A stretch of DNA of 63,777 bases, filler included, from Circinaria calcarea (Eukaryota): assembly GCA_051942165.1 (NCBI GenBank). It is 13 parts of 13 records of this genome, joined end to end, with 100 filler letters (N's around TTAATTAATTAA, not from the genome) between each part and the next. Parts side by side here need not be neighbours in the genome. Positions count along the whole stretch, not along the records: positions 34,443 to 39,253 come from JAVECS010002166.1; positions 39,354 to 44,163 come from JAVECS010002167.1; positions 44,264 to 49,069 come from JAVECS010002168.1; 10 more parts are not named here. The stretch is one strand, 5' to 3'. Below the pieces are notes generated by a model, which had not been told where the DNA came from, did not search any database, and saw only the letters and a list, made by a program, of their open reading frames with translations. Of this stretch, positions 37,171-49,169 are shown piece after piece. Made by a program: the position numbers and the translations under genes. How positions within the stretch are numbered: position 1 is the first letter of the stretch; each line of letters begins with the position of its first letter.

Positions 37171-38559
37171 ATGTAAGTATCGACGTTTACACTCGTGTCC
37201 TACATCCATGCTAACGAAGCTTAGGCGTCTCACTGTTCAAGTATCCGATGACTTTTTGAACCTCGACGTCGGGCCTGATATGACGATAGCAGATCTCAAA
37301 GCAGTTCTGGAGGCCGACACGAATACGCCACCCGCTTCCCAGATGCTCCACTTCAATGGCGTGCCTATATCCAACAACTCGCAGACGTTGGGCAGTCTGG
37401 GAGTGAGTGATGGAGAGATGATGACTATGACGACCATGCCGATACCGCAAGCTTCTACTTCACAACAGAGAAGGGTGGGACGTCAGAGTGCTCAAAATCC
37501 CGGCAACGACTCAGAAATACTACGATTACAAGGGTTGGGAGATCCAGCCACGTTGGAGCGTTGGCGACAGCGGGCACCGGAACTAGCGAATGCAGTCAAC
37601 GATCCTCGTGTATTCCGGGAAGAGTACATGAAAGTACTTAGACGGCAGGATCAGGCGGAAAGGGAGAAACAAGAGGCCATAGCGGCACTGAATAACGACC
37701 CTTTTGACGTGGAAGCGCAGAAGAAGATTGAGGAGATAATCAGAGAAGAAAACGTCCAGGCCAACTTTGATTATGCAAGGGACCATAATCCAGAAGGTAA
37801 GACTACGAGAGGTGCAACTAGGGCCCGAAACTTGTGCTTACAAGCATCCTAGTGTTTGGCAGAGTTCATATGCTGTACATTGACGTCGAAGTAAATGGCC
37901 ACAAGGTAAAAGCCTTTGTTGACTCCGGCGCCCAAACAACAATCATGTCGCCGTCCTGCGCCGAAAACTGCGGTATTATGCGCCTGGTTGATAAACGGTT
38001 CTCCGGCATCGCTCGAGGTGTTGGAACCGCAAACATTATTGGTCGAGTGCATTCCGCTCAAATAAAAATCGGCGGTAACTTCCTACCCTGTAGCTTCACA
38101 GTCATGGAGGGAAAAGATGTGGATCTTTTGTTAGGTCTGGACATGCTAAAAAGGCATCAAGCCTGCATAGATCTCAAAAAGGGAAACCTAATCATCCGAG
38201 ACGAAGAGATTCCCTTTCTGGATGAGGCAAACAGCCCCAAATCCGACGAAAACGTTCCTCTCGAAACTACCGTACAAGGTCCAGGTGGAACTCGAGTAAG
38301 TGGGATTTCTGGCGAGGTCTTGCCCGCAGATGCTGTGGGCTCTACTGGAGCGCAGGAAACTCAGACAACGGAGCAAGGGAGTGCAACACCGTCTGCATCA
38401 GCCCAGCCTGCTGCTCAACAGCAATCGGCCGCGCGGTTCCCTGTGGCGGATATCGAGCAATTGATGAGCTTTGGCGCTTCGAGGGAAGAAGCCATTAATG
38501 CACTGGACATAGCCGGAGGCAATGTGGAGGTGGCTGCTGGGATGCTAATGTATGATTGA
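37171..38559 (+). CDS. DDI1: DNA damage-inducible protein Ddi1 (UBL, retroviral-type aspartyl protease, UBA)
   Basis: N-terminal [18 protein letters not shown], catalytic [13 protein letters not shown]-terminal UBA. Introns 37173-37224 (splits the ATG) and ~37797-37851. Confidence 0.96.
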
Positions 38560-41349
38560 GTCATAGCTTGCCATAGGGTCGGTCTGGAATAGCGCTGTTG
38601 CATTGGGATAATTGTGTGATTGAGGTGACCAACTCATGGAACTTTGTTCATCGCATGGCTTGGAGCAGCTTGAGTTGGCGAGCCTTTTGTGGCATAGGTA
38701 GTGTACAGAATACGCATGCTGGCAGAATAGCTGCCTTGGGTATCAATTCATTCAAGCCTTGCCATCCTGTCTTGTCCTCTCCGCACCCATTCCCTGCTCT
38801 CTGTTCCTTGTAGACCACCCCTCCACCACCCCGGCGACCAAACATATCCCCTTTTTCTTACATGACTTTTAAACCTACCCAGCAAACCCCCACTCCCACT
38901 CCCAAGTCCAAATAGATCAGGAAAAATCCTTCAACGCGTATTAGGTTGATGAAATGAATCTCTAGTCTCTAGTAACCGGAATCGAATTAATAATAGCTAG
39001 AACTGAAACTTACCCATCCTCCTCCCCTTCCCCTTCCCCTTTCCCTTCCTCCCCAGTCTCACGACACCTTCTCGTCCTTTTTCGTCATTCGCCTTCGTCA
39101 TCCCCTTGGCTTTTGCTCATTCTAGACCTAGACCTAGCCCTGTTGGATGCAGAAGATGAAATGTTCCCTAAGTTCTGGCTTTTTTTTTCACTTTTTCACC
39201 TTTTGGGGACGCTTGGTGGCTTTTGGCTTGGGTGGCGGGGAGGGGGGATGGAGNNNNNNNNNNNNNNNNNNNNNNNNNNNNNNNNNNNNNNNNNNNNTTA
39301 ATTAATTAANNNNNNNNNNNNNNNNNNNNNNNNNNNNNNNNNNNNNNNNNNNNCTGCCGATGGCGGCGGTGGTGGAGGAGTTGCTCCGCGAGGCTGCGTA
39401 TCTGGATGGCTGGTTGCATGTGGGGATCATGATGATCGGGTGATTTTTTGACAAAGGGAAGTGGGTGTGAGGCGAGTTGTATTTTTCATAAGAATTTCCC
39501 CGAAACGCATCCAGGGTTTTCTCGGTGCTACCTAATTTTTTGCATGGAAAAGTGCCGTGTTAACTCATGATACGGTTTGACCCTACTGATCTCCCGTCGT
39601 GCAAATGTACGGGGAAAACCCCACGTGCGGATCGAAACCCTATCAATTTTCGCTTACGACCTTTCTTCCCCGGTTCTCTCCTGCAGAGTCTGCTTGGCAA
39701 TAGCTCCCTACAATACGAAAACAGCCGTCGACATTCGTGATTGCTCGTCCCCGTTGCGCGTTGTCCTCATCTGTCGACTACCGCCACCAGAGTATCCGTC
39801 AAAATACGGAAAAAACCCCTTCCTTCAGCGTGAATACCCCGTAGCTGTATGAACGAACCTCGAGAAGCCGGTAACTGAAACTTTCCAAATTTCCCTTTCT
39901 TTTCCCCAATTACCCTGATCCCCGTAGTAAACCCATCTCTGAACCCGTCATAAATGCGAGCATGACGGGACATTTCGCATTCTGCAACTTCCGTGAGAAG
40001 TAATGTTTTGTTTCCAGCGCGGCTGGTGAGCGAAGGAAATTTCCCTTGCCTGGCCCCAGCCGCTGCGAGGATCAGGGGTGCTAAGCATCGACACCCACAT
40101 CATCCTTTATCCCGTCACCCAACTTGTGCAAACCTCTCACCGTCGACATGCCTTCACATTCTGGCGTCTTTCGCGGGATGAATATTTCCTTGGGTTCTCA
40201 TTTTGGTTGCAAAAGGTCCGGTCACTTGGTGCCTTGGCCATTCATTCCCTTGGCCCGTTTTTGATGATTGTGCTCCTGGTCCGTTGGATCCTTGGATGAC
40301 GCCTCCATTTCTTTGTGCTCTTACTTCTTCTTCTACTTCTTCTCCTTGTGATGATGATGATGCATGCTGTGAGTGTAAAGGGCGAGTGAGGAGAAATCGC
40401 TGAACGCTTCATCGGTCATCGACTTTGTGATACGCTCACACGCACCTGGACACAGGCCTCTCATCTCATGCGTCGACAGAGGAGCTCTCTTCCCACTCAC
40501 TCATTGCAGACGCTTCCGGATTGCATCACGGCTCGGTCCCCCGACAATCTCTGCAACCCGCTGGCCTTCCTTCCTGGACGATCAGGACATCGAGGGAGGG
40601 TTAGTTTGAACTGATGGCAAACAACTATATCACTATGAAGATGAATGGGTGCAGGGTTAGTAGATGCGTATTTGAGGTGAGTGCCGATAGCTGTAGGGAC
40701 TGACTGGTTCTGACTATGCGTCGAGGGAGATGGGCATAGCTTCGGGTCACTGTTGAGGAGGGAGAGATGGGATAGAGAGATAAAGAAGGGAGAAGAGGGA
40801 GAGAGAGGCTGTTATAGCTGGAGTTGCCAGAAGGACACCTACCGATTGCCGTAGAACCCTTTTCTTCATCTCCCGCTCGCTGCAACGTTGAAAGGGCATC
40901 CTTATCTAGAAGCTCTTCCTTGCGTTCGAATACCAACCTCCTTTCCCTTCTTACCTTCATCGAAAGCCTTCCTAACCTCGAACTTCTTCAACGCACACAT
41001 TCGATGGGCGGAAACTTCCGTTACAACCGATACCATGTGGAGTACGAGCTGTTTCGAAAGGTCCTAGGGATGAAGAAGTCCAAGAGCGAAGGGAACGATC
41101 ACGCAATGCGAGTTCAGGTCACCACCGGCCGGAGCACGCAGCACGAAGCAAAAAACCCACAATTCGGTAAGAGGTTGGAGCAAAGCGAAGCCTGAGCAAA
41201 GAGAAGCGCTAAAAGCTTTCCGGTCATATACTCACATGTGTCCTGGGATGACATGGAAAAGAGAGTGAGATACATACAACCCGACCCGTCCTGCTCTTGA
41301 CGCAACGGCTCCAGAGACGATCATTTCCGCACTTCCCTCGAGCTCCCTT

Positions 41350-41424
41350 TCCCCACACCCCCTTACGGAGGACTTACGACACCACGGTCCTCCCCACATC
41401 CCCCCTACGGAGGACTTACGACAC
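41350..41424. repeat. Two-copy direct repeat, ~41-bp period
   Basis: TCCCCACA(T)CCCC(C/T)TACGGAGGACTTACGACACC occurs twice. Confidence 0.85.
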
Positions 41425-42150
41425 CTCGACCCGTTGGCCCCCCAAACCCTCGGATGGTATTGGTTCAAACCTAGCACCCTTTCCCACACTCAACACGGCG
41501 GCGTCACTATACCAGTGACCCCGGTATACAAGATTGCCATCGAGGCCAAGCTTGCCAAGACCCTCCACCTTCCTTATAAGTGCCTCTCCGAGCACAAAGA
41601 CGAGTCATACCACCGACGCCCAGTCCGGGGCCGATCCCCCTCCTCCAGTGAGCTGTTAGTGGCGTCACGCCCTGAGTAAGCCTGCTCCCGTCCACGCAAT
41701 GCTTGCGGTCGCATGGCAGCGTCCCAAGGCAGTGTATGTTCCATGAACTTCGGAAGCTGCTCCCACTTCGGTCAAGTGGTGTTTGAAAAAGAAAAAGTTG
41801 TTGCCGATGTGTAGAACGGCGGGAAAGCCACGCGAATTCGTGGGGCCGGATTGATGTTGTTGCTGTCACTCGGTCCTGCAAAAACATTAGGTCAATAGGT
41901 GTAACCTTGGAATGGCTAGGAAAGGGTTGGAAATACCGCAAGGACATCCTGCCAACGGGAATGAAACGTGGCTCCGACCAGCCTCTCTTGTGTCAACTGG
42001 CAACTGGTTCGGGAATCGACCTTGCAGCCGTTTTTTGTGACGGCGTTCTAAACTCATATATATCCTTCTTCCTGGAGATGCCGCGTTCTGTGGTTTCCAT
42101 CGAAAATCTCGAAACTTCCCCTCCGTATCCCAGCGTCCCCCTCCGAGATG

Positions 42151-43559
42151 GGCGGTTTTTGGCTTTTCCGCATGCCCTTTGTGGATGCGACCTGCGTATC
42201 CGCCACGCCATAACCTGGGGCAGCTTGCTGAGGAAAAGACTCTGCCGTTTGGGGTGAAGGGCGTGGATTCTGACCAAAGAGGCCATTCGCAAGAGCAAGT
42301 GTCGATCGCTGGGTTGGCACGGTTAGATGTCTGACCGAAGAGGCCATTTGCAAGAGCAAGAATGCGCGGTTTTTGGCTTTTCCGCATGCCCTTTGTGGAT
42401 GCACTCTGCGCATCCGCCACGCCATAACCTGGGGGAGCTTGTTGAGGAAAAGACTCTACCACCGGTTGTTGAGTAAGCCGTGGGCGGTTTTTGGCTTTTC
42501 CGCATGCCCTTTGTGATTGCACTCTGCGCTCTGCCAGGCCATAACCTGGCGGAGCTTGCTGAGGGAAAGACTCTGCCACCGATTGGTTGAGTAAGCCGTT
42601 TGGGGTGCAGGGCGTGGATGGCGTGAATTCTGACCAAAGAGGCCATTCGCAAGAGCAAGTGCCGATCGCTGGGTTGGCATAGCCGTTTGCCATCTCGACT
42701 TGTTCTGTTGACTCTGCCAACTTGTTCTTTTGATATTGATTGTCGAATAGTGACCAGAATCTTGAGAGCCTGACCGGAATTCCCGGTACAGCATTCCCCC
42801 TCCTGAAATGGGCGGTTTTTGGCTTTTCCGCATGCCCTTTTTGCGTCTGCAATCCCCTAGCTCGTCGTCTAGGCCCAGAGACGACAGGCGATTTGCATCG
42901 AGTTGCACAGCACCAACGTATCCATACCGAAGCCAAGCTCGGCCACGATCTGTGTGCGAACACGGCATCGGTTCTCATATATACATATATCCCGCGGGCC
43001 GCAGGACAAATTGCTCCGTGGTCCCTTTGAAGGTCGCTCTCAACTCTCTAGACCGCGTTCTTGAAAGCACCAGACATTTCATCTTTAGTCGCCTCCTTGC
43101 GTTGAAAGGTCCGACTAAGGAGCGAGAGATTTGGACTCAGTCCAAGGTAGTTCTCACACCGGGCCTTTCCTCAGGTGATGTGCCGAATAGACTTTGGCAC
43201 CTCTTGATACGGCGGTTTTTGGCTTTTCCGCATGCCCTTTTCTCTCTTTCTCTCTATTCTCCAGGTCTGGACTTGGACGAAGACGAATTGTTGAAATGGC
43301 GGTTTTTGGCTTTTCCGCATGCCCTTCTCCCTTCTTCTCTTTATTCTCCTGCTCGGGACAAGAACGACGAGGATTTCCCAGCAACCTCTAGACCTCTGAG
43401 ACGGAGCATGTGTCCCAAAGCCGGGACATTCTGGAGCTGGAACGGCGGTTTTTGACTTTTCCGCGTGCCCTTCCTTTCCCTTGTTGTTGGCTCCTGGCCT
43501 AGACGAGTTCGACGAGCGAACCTTTGAAATGGCGGTTTTTGGCTTTTCCGCATGCCCTT
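42151..43559. repeat. Interspersed array of 8 copies of the 29-bp motif GGCGGTTTTTGGCTTTTCCGCATGCCCTT, nested in longer diverged units
   Basis: Copies start at 42151, 42365, 42483, 42811, 43211, 43298, 43444 (2 mismatches) and 43531. Periods are 214, 118, 328, 400, 87, 146 and 87 bp. Confidence 0.95.
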
Positions 43560-44548
43560 TGCCCAAGATCAGGTACCCAACTCACAAACGATGGGCGCCA
43601 GGGAAGCATGTACCCGAGAGCTTCTTCGTAACCGAAGCAACAGTTCTTGCCTGCGAAGAGCTGGCCCATCGTGGGTGCTGAGAGCTGTCTCCTCCAATCG
43701 ACACGCTTTTGTCAGCGAACGGTATCGGATCTCAGCGCCGAAAGGTAGGGCCGACCTCTTCTTCAGCCACAGTAGTGGTGGTGAGGTGGAGAAGAAAGCT
43801 CAATTCGCTCAAGAACAGGTATCGATTGCCGATCCCACACAAAAATCCTGCTGTCGTGGTCAAATCTTTGAAGACAAAGTGATTCCTTTTACATGTACCA
43901 AGAATGGAAAATACAGTATCGGGGATGATTCTGAAATCCGCAGTCATGGTGAATGGGTCTAGACAATCGTCACCCGAGACAAACTCGAACCAGTCGTGAA
44001 GGTGGGAACAAAGTTCGGGGGTCACTTCGAACCAATTATGTCCTTGGATATCAATCCCGTCATCTTCTCACAACCTTCGGGCCGTTTGTATGGCTTGGCC
44101 GGAGCTGGGGGCATTCTCTACTGCTGTCAGCATCTCCGATGGGCTAGGAGGGAAGCCAAGTTTNNNNNNNNNNNNNNNNNNNNNNNNNNNNNNNNNNNNN
44201 NNNNNNNTTAATTAATTAANNNNNNNNNNNNNNNNNNNNNNNNNNNNNNNNNNNNNNNNNNNNCGAACAAGTATCTCAAATCACAAATTTCCGCCAAATC
44301 TCCAAGACTAGCCCTTCGTCAAACTCGTTACAGTCGTGCAAGCCATAGCAAGCAGTCGCTGCGGTATGAAACATATGATAAGCAGATGGTATGATGTGAA
44401 ATGGCGCTGGGGGTTTGAAGAAAGGGTAATGTGATGTCGGATTTAAATACATTAGAGTATGTATAAAGTCGTAAGGGCATGTAAAATTATCGTGCGGGAA
44501 GTATTTTCGTATGTAATAAACAGCAAGTAGATCATAGTGTAGCGCGGC

Positions 44549-46734
44549 TCAACTCCGCATTCGTGTCGCGACAACTGCTAGAGTAATCTGCCAATCTTAT
44601 TAGCGTTGGATTGGGGTGAAGACAGGAGGTAAGACACTCACTATAGCGGCAATGATGAGTATTCCCACAACAGCCATTATATGATTGATCTTTCGCCACC
44701 ATCTAGCATTCTCGTATCGAGCCTGATCGATCGGGCCCACGGCTTTCTCGAGATCATGCGCTATATCGGGTGAGGTAGGGGTGACTGGTGGGGTAAGAAC
44801 TGGTGCTGGGGGCAAAGGAATCAAAGAAGCAAGAATCCACGCTAGAGAATTGTCAGTTTTACAGATATGTCAACGGGGCCTGCTAGCATGTACCTGGAGG
44901 AAATAAGAAGCCAAGGGCGAAGAGCCAGATTTGGGCATTTCGCCTGCTTAATGCCTTGCCTTCCGCTTCCTCGTCCAAACTGGGAGCTCTGAATATGGTC
45001 CTTCTGTTTGCTGCAGTTCTCCGATCATGCCAGAGATGTGGCGACCAGACTTGGCTTGTCTTTCTCCTTGGTGAACCCTTGACCTCAACAGTCTGGTCCG
45101 CTACAGGATCTGCAGGGGTGATGGCCATTGAATTGCGGTTCTGTTGCCGGACGTCTATTTCATGAGGGCGAGAACGGGACTTGAAGACACGTAGCGAGAT
45201 TTTGGAAGATGAGTGAGATCGTTGAGTTTGGGGGCGGCTGTCTTTGGGTCCATCGGAGGTGCCCGGGGCAGAAAGAAAAGCATTTCGAGCTTCATGGGCA
45301 TAATAAGTTCTGCATTGAAGTCAGCATCTAGAACTTGCTTTATTGCCGGCATGGTGTGACGGACCTCGCCCACGCTGGGATACTGTCTCTTAGAAAGCTG
45401 CCCTTTGAACCCATACCGGTTGTGACTGTACTTCCTCTTCGGGAGCCTGGCGGACGAATGTTAAGGAGTGCCGAATTGCCAGATGCCATGTTTGATATTG
45501 TATCACCCCTTTCGCCGACTACACGAATCGTCGATCCAGTGGCGTCTCTTGAACGAATAAAAGCCGGTTGTGGAGGCAGAGGAAGGTCGTCCGAGGTCGA
45601 ATATTGATCCACGAGCATCGATGAGGTATTACTCGGCGCTTCTGATCCCGCAAGACCACTGCTTCTATCCGCCGTTCCCTCCGACTGCACCATCGACAGA
45701 TGGGGAGTCCATTTTTCAGGTACATTACGCTCATTCATTCCAACCGGTCGTCTTGGTATCGTTAACGACTTTGCCCACGACCCTGATGCTGCAGGGGCAC
45801 GAAAAACGGGATACTGAACAACAGAATTTCTCTGGGCTGGTGGTCCGGAGGTCCCCTCCGCAAAATCTTGATGATGATCAGGTGTGGGGAAGCTAGGTGA
45901 GTTTGGTGACAGGGGTGAAACTGATGAGTCCGCTGAAGTTGAAGAAACCGGTGAAATATATATTGGAGAGTCGTGATTAATGTCCGAAGTAGGCTTGACT
46001 GGCGTTGAAGGAGATCCTGCGAAATTCAAAGAGATAGGCCGGAGCGATGGTGGGAAAACGGAATACGATCCGCGAGGTGGTGGACCCCGAACATCTGATT
46101 TAACGACAGTACCAGTGGATCCAGCTGTTGAAAGCGAACTGTCTGAGGATTTCGAGGGGATGGGGTGAGAACTCAAAGCATCGATGAGATTAGGGTAATG
46201 GGTGGACGAGAGGAAGGTCTCATCCTCGCTATGCCTGCTACCAGACACACTTGGTAGCTGTGTAATCTCGTCCGAGGCTTTCTCTCTACCTCCATCGGCA
46301 CCTTGACCTATCATACTCTGTTTGCCAACGGCGGCTGGCGCCAAGACTTTCGGCGATTTCTCTGCGAAAGACGGAGGATGTGGGTCGGTATTGGTTCTGG
46401 ATGATTTCGAATCGAATCCATCATGTCTGGAGATTTCAGTATCTTTCCCTTTGGAGGCCTTTATGGGTTGTAATCCTTGCTCTTGAGTTTTGGTTGGGTT
46501 CTGCTCTTCTGAAACGCTAACTTTGTCTTCAAACACAGCCCCCCGACCCCGACGGTTTGGGTAAAGAATCTGAGACGACTCTGTCGGAAAGGGCGTACTC
46601 GCATAGATCTTCGCGTCAGAGTCACCGATAACGCGCAGAGTGGGTGATGAGATCTGGTTCGCGTGGGAGTTCGATCTCTCGTGTAAAGCTCTTCTGGGCG
46701 GGGACCGCCTTAGTGATCTTGTTGGCGATGTCAT
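44549..46734 (-). CDS. Conserved serine-rich protein with C-terminal transmembrane helices
   Basis: 464-aa first exon (RALHERSNS..IPAWAR). Spliced exons give QIWLFALGFLFPP, WILASLIPLP and RYENARWWRKINHIMAVVG; three GT-AG introns. Confidence 0.8.
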
Positions 46735-47525
46735 TCTAACGTCCAGTGAGAATTCATTTCTAGTTCGGCGTTGTTATTGTCGAGTCAGGCAATAGAATAA
46801 GTTATCGATAAATAGAAAAAAGGGAATAAGGGATTGTGAATTGGTGATGAAGGCGTCTTGGTAAGTATATCTCAAATTATAAGATTGTCGAAGGAGTGAC
46901 TATAATATTGCGAGAAGAAAAAGCTGCTGATACTGAATATCTAATGAGTGTGATGAATAGATTATAATAGTAGAGAAGAGAGAGGGAGAGGGGGAGGTGG
47001 TTGCTGGAGTCGTGATAATTTTAATTTCGAAATGGCGGTATGCTTCAGGGGTGTGAGTTCGGCCACTTAGCTCTCAGTGACGAAGCTGTTTTAGCTGCAT
47101 GCCCAGCGCACGTTGCTGTACCGTGGGATTTCTCGAGTGAAACTAAATACCCGTGAAACGAGTAATCCTTCGCACAATTTGAGGAAGAGCAGCAACGCAT
47201 CATGATGGGAAACAATGGTGGTGAGTGCTATATAATCCTCACTGATGGCATCTGGTCAGTCGATGAAACGCGAAAAAACACGGTAGCGCGAGATTGCGAC
47301 AATCTAATCGATCAGTTGTGGGTGGATGATTAAAATAGATTGACTTTGAGCCTAATCTAATCATAACCGAGGGCACTAACGGAGCAATAAGCACCGACCA
47401 ATGACGTCCGTTAGCTGCACTCCGCATACCAATTCTCCGGTTTCAAGATTGTATCAACAACTGCACATGGATGGTTTGGTAAATATTCTGTGAGGGATTG
47501 GCTCTCGCAATAGATATATCCCACA

Positions 47526-48804
47526 ATGGCACCTCTTGGATTCTTGAAGCATCTCAAGGGCTACTACAGTAAAACCGAAGGTATGCCATCAACTCTGACG
47601 GCCGAAGAACTTACGAAACATCGACCCCAGGCGCGTAGTACACTGACAGAAGCCGCTGTCTACTTGTTTCTGCAAACTAAACTAATCACCACACAATACA
47701 GATTTACCTGTACTCTCGACAAGGTCCGCAGCTGGGTTATCTGTAAGTGCACCCAGAAACCTGGTCGAAGCAGGTATACACGTTGCGCGCTGACTGACAC
47801 GCCCTCAGATAATCTTCACCCTCCTCTATGTCCTCCCCTTTTACCTTTCCCCGATCACTCGCCCATCACCAACACTCTCACGTGATGCTCCATCTGTCAT
47901 TCGTGCGCGCATCCGCTTCGTCACCATCGCCTGCGCCATCAGCACCCTCGTCACCATCCGCACCATCTCCATCTATGCCCGTGTACCGCTTACAGAGATC
48001 TTCCGCCTCCTCGGCTGGTACCCCATCTCCATCTTCGATATAGCGAGATGTCTTCTCTTAACCGCTCTTCTCTTTCTGGGACCCCTTTTCGAAAAAGGAA
48101 TCGTCGAGGGCGGCTGGAGAGAGTGGATTCGTGGCCGGGCTCTCTATAACAGCCTTAGCAACTGGATTGGCTGGCGGAACTACATAGCCGTAAGTCAAGC
48201 TCCTCCTCCTCCTCCTCCTCTTCGGTATTGCGATTCCTCTCAAGCATGTCAATCTCAGCTAATAACTACCAAGGGCCCAATAACCGAAGAACACATATTC
48301 CGCTCCCTCCTCATCCCCCTCCACCTTCTCACCTCCCTCACCCCCACTCACATCCTCTTCCTGACCCCTCTTTACTTTGGCATCGCGCACATCCACCACT
48401 TCTACGAATTCCATCTCACCCACCCACGCACCCCTCTCCTTCCGGCGCTGCTGCGCTCCCTGTTCCAATTCACCTACACAACGCTCTTCGGCTGGTACGC
48501 CAGTTTCCTCTTCTTGCGTACCCGGTCTCTATGGGCCGTGGTGCTCGTGCATGCATTTTGCAACTGGTGCGGCTTACCCAGGGTCTGGGGAAAGGTGGAG
48601 GCGGGTGAGATGATTGGACCGATCGGGAGGGGAAAGGGAAGTGGAAGGGCGAATGAGGCGACGGTGCAGGTTGCGGATGGGAGGTTGGGGATTGGGTGGA
48701 CGGTAGCGTATTATGTGCTACTCGTCGCGGGAGCAGTCGCCTTTCGGCTGGGGTTGTGGGTACTAACGGATTCGGCGAGGAAGCTGGCTAGTTTGGGAGT
48801 TTGA
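47526..48804 (+). CDS. RCE1: CAAX prenyl protease Rce1
   Basis: GPITEEHIFRS, PLYFGIAHIHHFYEF, QFTYTTLFGWYA, VLVHAFCNWCGLP; several introns. Confidence 0.92.
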
Positions 48805-49169
48805 TGGAAACACGGAATCCTTGGTGAGAATTTCTTTTGGGAATATGATAATGAACTTCATAAGCAGTTCTGAAATGGATCATAACTGGAAGACCCGTTG
48901 GTCTGGTTGAGCGAACTCGGCTCTGTAACATTGCAACATTCATTCACACATTGCATAATTCGGGAAAAGCGTCCTGTCATACCCGTCCAGGGAGACGCCA
49001 CGCTCATATCCAGCAAAACCCACACCTCGCAATAATAGATGCAACAATCCGAGACGCCTCCTTTTACCCNNNNNNNNNNNNNNNNNNNNNNNNNNNNNNN
49101 NNNNNNNNNNNNNTTAATTAATTAANNNNNNNNNNNNNNNNNNNNNNNNNNNNNNNNNNNNNNNNNNNN

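Noticed and set aside
42151..43559. Canonical CRISPR array
   Set aside because: Spacers are 58-371 bp, irregular and partly homologous to each other; no cas genes or leader. Kept as an unexplained array.
41887..43566. Repeat proteins (KGHAEKPKTA / KGMRKSQKPP ORFs)
   Set aside because: The same DNA motif appears in all three frames and periods are not multiples of three, so the ORFs are by-products.
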